This document shows, one piece after another, positions 60,560 through 64,000 of a stretch of 64,000 nt of DNA. Numbering within the stretch: the first letter of the stretch is position 1; each line of letters starts with the position of its first letter. This DNA comes from Myxococcales bacterium. GTDB lineage: Bacteria; Myxococcota_A; Polyangia; Polyangiales; Polyangiaceae. The stretch covers positions 128,001 to 192,000 of the forward strand of contig JAYTOU010000003.1 of assembly GCA_043747615.1 (NCBI GenBank), read 5' to 3'. The notes under the pieces were generated by a model. That model worked only from the letters and a program-made list of their open reading frames with translations. It did not search any database and was not told the origin of the DNA. Made by a program: the position numbers and the translations under genes.

Positions 60560-63328
60560 CTACTTGATGCCGCCGCCGCATTGGTTGGAGATGCCGCCGC
60601 CGCCGCACGTGGCGGGAGCGAGGCAGGCACCGCAGTCGAGGAGGTTGCCGCAGCCGTCGGAGACAGGACCGCAGTTCGCGCCCGCCGCCGCGCACGTGCG
60701 AGGTGTGCAGCTTGGAGGCACGCACTTGTTGCTGAAGCACGAGAAGCCAGTCGGGCACGGCCCGCAGTCGAGGAGGTTGCCGCAGTTGTCGCCGAGCGGC
60801 CCGCACTGAGTAGCTGGGGCGGGCAACGCGCACGTCCGCGCGGCGCACGTTCCACCACCGCACACGCCCGGGACGCCGCCGCCACCGCACGTGCCGCCGT
60901 CGCACCCGCCGCAATTGACGGAGCCGCCGCAGCCATCCGGGACGAACCCGCACTTCGCCGCGCCGCAGCCCTTGGGTGTGCAAGCGACCGACCCGCAGAC
61001 GCCGGGGGTGCCGCCACCGCCGCACGTTCCGCCGTCACACGTTCCGCAGCCGCCGGCGATCACATTTCCGCAGCCGTCTCCGGACGGACCGCACGAGATC
61101 CCCATCGCAGCGCAGCTCTTCGGCGTGCACACCGGAGGAGGAGGCGGGACGACGGGAACGACGCAGCTCGCGAGATCGAAGAGCATGAACTCGAGGACTT
61201 TTTCCTGCGCCGAGAGCGTGGTTCCGTTGCATTCGGTGGGGAAGGCGGCTTGGCCGGAGGAGTTGTTGTTCACGTGGAAGTCGCTGTAGAGGACGCGACC
61301 GCACTGATTGACTACGCCGCCGTCGCTGGGCGGAATGGGCGTATTGAAGGTGTAGTGCTGGGGGACGTTTGGGTAATCGGGGCTCGTCGGATCGACCTTG
61401 ATCCAACGCTGCGCGACCGTGCCGTTGACGTTCGTCATGTCGTGACGCGAAACGCTGAGCTTGATTTTCGGGGGGCTCACGTTGCTGAGCGCGTTGACCG
61501 AAGGCTGGCCGAGCCAAGACGCGAAAGCGCTGCCCTTGACGAACGCACCGCCGTCGGCGAGGAGTAGATCGATGTCACCCAACTGCCCGTTGGGATCGGC
61601 CGGGTGCCCCTGGTTGATGTTCCAGTCGGCCGTTCCCGTGAATGGCGTGGGCCCGATGCCGGGCGGGCTCGCACCGGACTGGATGTTCGTGAGCCACGTG
61701 TAACTGTAGTGCGTGGCGTACATACGGCCGCCCGCCGCGGTGTAGTCGAGCATGTTCTGCTGCCAGGCAGACGTGTCCGTTCCGGCGCTGGGGGGGACGA
61801 CCTTCGCGTCCGGGCCACCTTCGCAAGGGAGGAGAACGATGTCGTACTTCTTGAGCTCCGCGAGCGAGCCGGTCAGAACCGACCAGTCCGTTACGCCTCC
61901 GTCAGCCGCGACGGAACCGTTCGCCTGGTAAAGGCGCACGCGACCGATCTTGCTCACCGCGGGACTCGTGAACTCGCAGTCGTTGATGCCGATCTTGCGA
62001 AGCACGCACTCGAGGGTGTCGACGTCGCCTGTTGCGATGGCGGTGAGCGGGATGTCTCCCTGGTCGGTGGCGTCGGCGGCGTTGGCCGTGCACGCTCCCG
62101 AGGCAATCGATGCCGTCGACCGGGTTGGCAAGTGGGTCTTCGCTCGCCCCGCGGCCGTCGTCGAAAGATCGACCGTGGTGCATGCGGCCTGCGCCGCGAT
62201 CGTGACCTCTCGGCGCCAACGACCGAGCTGAATCACGAGCGGATAGCTCGTTGCGGCCGGCACGTTGGTCAAGGTGAACTTGCCGTCGAACCCCGTTGTC
62301 GCGCTGACGAGCGGACACCCGGAAGCCGTCGCTCCGCATTGGTCGCACGACACGTTCGGCGCAAACGGAGCGATCGCGCAGTTTGCGACATAGACGAGCG
62401 CGCCGTACATGGGCTCGACGCCGTCGGGGGCATAGACGGTCCCCTTCAGCGTGGTCGGCGACGCCGCGTCGCAGGTGTTCACCTGGTTCAAGCAGAGGCC
62501 GGTGCAGGGGGGCGCAGCGTCGAAGCCGCCGCACACGCTTGGCGTGTTCAAGCCGCACACTTGCCCGCTGGGGCAGCCGCCGGGGAGGCAGTTCGCCGTG
62601 AGACCGCCGCAGCCATCTCCCTGGGCGCCGCACGTACCGGAGGGAAATGCCGCACACGTCTTGGGCGTGCAGATCGCTCCGCCGTCGGGGAGGGAGCCCG
62701 TGCCGCAGGTGCTCGGCGCTGATCCTCCGCCGCAGAACGCCGGCATGGTGCAGGTGCCGCAGTTGACCGTGAGCCCGCCGCAGCCATCGGCGACCGACCC
62801 GCAGGTGGGCGCGACCGGGCATCCCGTCGGCACGCAGGCTCCGCCGTCGGGGGTGATCGTCATTCCTCCGCCGCAGGTGCTCGGGCCGCCGCCTCCGCAA
62901 TACGCGGGCGCCGCGCAACCGCCGCAATCGACGACGCCGCCGCAGCCGTCGCCTTGCTTGCCGCAACCGACCGCGAGATCAGCGCACGTCTTCGCCTTGC
63001 ATCCTGCGACCCCGCCGCACACGCTGGGGGTTCCCCCTCCGCCGCAAGTCGCCGGAGCCATGCAGCCGCCGCAGTTGACGACGCCGCCGCAGCCGTCTCC
63101 CTGCATGCCGCAGCCTACGCCGAGCTTCGCGCACGTCGTTGGGACGCAGCCGTTGCCGATCATGCTGTCCATGTCGGTGAATCCGGGCCCCTTACCGTCG
63201 AGCCCTTCGTCGGCCGCGTCACCCTGGCCGTTGTCGAAGGTGGAATCTCCGCTGCTCCCGCACGCCGAGGCGATCGCGGAGAGTGTACTGACAGTGAAGA
63301 TCGCAAGAAAGACGAATGAAGGGCGCAT
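60560..63328 (-). CDS. Large Cys/Gly-rich repeat surface lipoprotein with a central carboxypeptidase-regulatory-like domain and a globular domain
   Basis: Lipobox ASAC; many C.P.TC....CG...DGCGG...CG.C.....CGGGG repeats on both sides of GTVYAP..PLVIQLGRWRR..ECVLRKIGI..QEKVLEFMLFDL. Confidence 0.85.
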   Translation of the reverse strand: MRPSFVFLAIFTVSTLSAIASACGSSGDSTFDNGQGDAADEGLDGKGPGFTDMDSMIGNGCVPTTCAKLGVGCGMQGDGCGGVVNCGGCMAPATCGGGGTPSVCGGVAGCKAKTCADLAVGCGKQGDGCGGVVDCGGCAAPAYCGGGGPSTCGGGMTITPDGGACVPTGCPVAPTCGSVADGCGGLTVNCGTCTMPAFCGGGSAPSTCGTGSLPDGGAICTPKTCAAFPSGTCGAQGDGCGGLTANCLPGGCPSGQVCGLNTPSVCGGFDAAPPCTGLCLNQVNTCDAASPTTLKGTVYAPDGVEPMYGALVYVANCAIAPFAPNVSCDQCGATASGCPLVSATTGFDGKFTLTNVPAATSYPLVIQLGRWRREVTIAAQAACTTVDLSTTAAGRAKTHLPTRSTASIASGACTANAADATDQGDIPLTAIATGDVDTLECVLRKIGINDCEFTSPAVSKIGRVRLYQANGSVAADGGVTDWSVLTGSLAELKKYDIVLLPCEGGPDAKVVPPSAGTDTSAWQQNMLDYTAAGGRMYATHYSYTWLTNIQSGASPPGIGPTPFTGTADWNINQGHPADPNGQLGDIDLLLADGGAFVKGSAFASWLGQPSVNALSNVSPPKIKLSVSRHDMTNVNGTVAQRWIKVDPTSPDYPNVPQHYTFNTPIPPSDGGVVNQCGRVLYSDFHVNNNSSGQAAFPTECNGTTLSAQEKVLEFMLFDLASCVVPVVPPPPPVCTPKSCAAMGISCGPSGDGCGNVIAGGCGTCDGGTCGGGGTPGVCGSVACTPKGCGAAKCGFVPDGCGGSVNCGGCDGGTCGGGGVPGVCGGGTCAARTCALPAPATQCGPLGDNCGNLLDCGPCPTGFSCFSNKCVPPSCTPRTCAAAGANCGPVSDGCGNLLDCGACLAPATCGGGGISNQCGGGIK

Positions 63329-63507
63329 AAGAGCTTCTCCGGCTCTCTTATTCGCGTGTGCTAAGCCCGGTCTCAGCAACGGTCCGCGATAGAAAGCTTC
63401 AATCTGTCAATGAAGCACGTCTCCGCGCTCGCTTCAATCTTTTCAAGAGAGAACTTGCCCACTTTTGGGGGTGCTTGCGTCAGGCGGATGCTCTCGGCGT
63501 TTCAAGC

Positions 63508-64000
63508 TCATTTGCGCTCGAGGATCGTGAAGGGACCAAAGGCTTCCCTTCTGTCGTACCCCAGCGACTCGAACCATCTCGCGGAGTCGAGCTCGGGGAA
63601 CGGCGCTTCGCTTGCCACGACCCAGCGTGCCGACCGCGCCTCCACGTATGCTCGATCCTCCGCGAGCCATTCGGCACGACGGTAGGCCCGGTTCGGATCG
63701 ACGAGCGCACCCGTCCAGAAAAAGCGCGCCGTCGAGTGACGCTCCGCAAACGCGTAGATTTCGGGCTCGTAGCCCCGAACGAGGAGCGTGTCCTCGCGCG
63801 CCGCGTTGACGCGTAGCCATGCGCCTGCACGGGCCGCGTCCGTCATGTCGATGTAGCCGGAGGAGAAACGCGCGGTCAGCTCGTCCCGCGAAATCGCGCC
63901 TGCCATCCAGAGCGCCGCGTTCCTCACGCGGAAGAGCCAGATGTCGTGCGGCGTCATCGCCACGATCAGCGACGCGGTAGTAATCGCGTAACTGGCTGGA
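63508..64000 (-). CDS. C-terminal part of a probable GT-C membrane glycosyltransferase (truncated by the window edge)
   Basis: Frame is open to the window end; 'LLVRGYEPEIY..AER...RF' resembles the soluble tail of ArnT-like proteins. Confidence 0.55.
   Translation of the reverse strand, partial: PASYAITTASLIVAMTPHDIWLFRVRNAALWMAGAISRDELTARFSSGYIDMTDAARAGAWLRVNAAREDTLLVRGYEPEIYAFAERHSTARFFWTGALVDPNRAYRRAEWLAEDRAYVEARSARWVVASEAPFPELDSARWFESLGYDRREAFGPFTILERK

Noticed and set aside
60560..63328. Calling the Cys-rich repeat protein an enzyme of Trp synthesis or a RiPP precursor
   Set aside because: No TrpA motifs and no modifying enzymes nearby; it looks like a disulfide-rich surface lipoprotein.

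Overview
GC-rich, gene-dense chromosomal window. Gene content (FHA-sigma54 activator, giant Ser/Thr kinase, tandem PilT-type ATPases, many Cys-rich lipoproteins) points to a myxobacterium, probably Polyangiaceae/Sorangiineae; this is an inference. It has about 55 protein genes and one tRNA-Lys(UUU). Housekeeping genes include coaE, argS, glnS, eno, a DinG/YoaA helicase, an ABC-F ATPase and trpEGDC-BA. No transposase, integrase, prophage or CRISPR array was seen. Main observations: (1) a compact minus-strand operon of ACP, a KS/chain-length-factor-like fusion, a lipoprotein and a second such fusion, with no reductase, dehydratase or loading gene, a candidate undescribed single-chain type II PKS/FAS system; (2) a 45-nt mini-ORF where trpF should be, which looks like a trpF deletion scar and is translationally coupled at both ends; (3) several proteins with substituted catalytic residues (Cys-less Ntn amidotransferase, EDDEF 'GGDEF' with intact I-site, two PilT paralogs with reciprocal His-box losses); (4) four sigma54-type promoter candidates with nearby repeats, and a recurring -10 box 7-10 nt before start codons that suggests leaderless transcription. 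All calls come from motif recognition by eye; no database searches were run.
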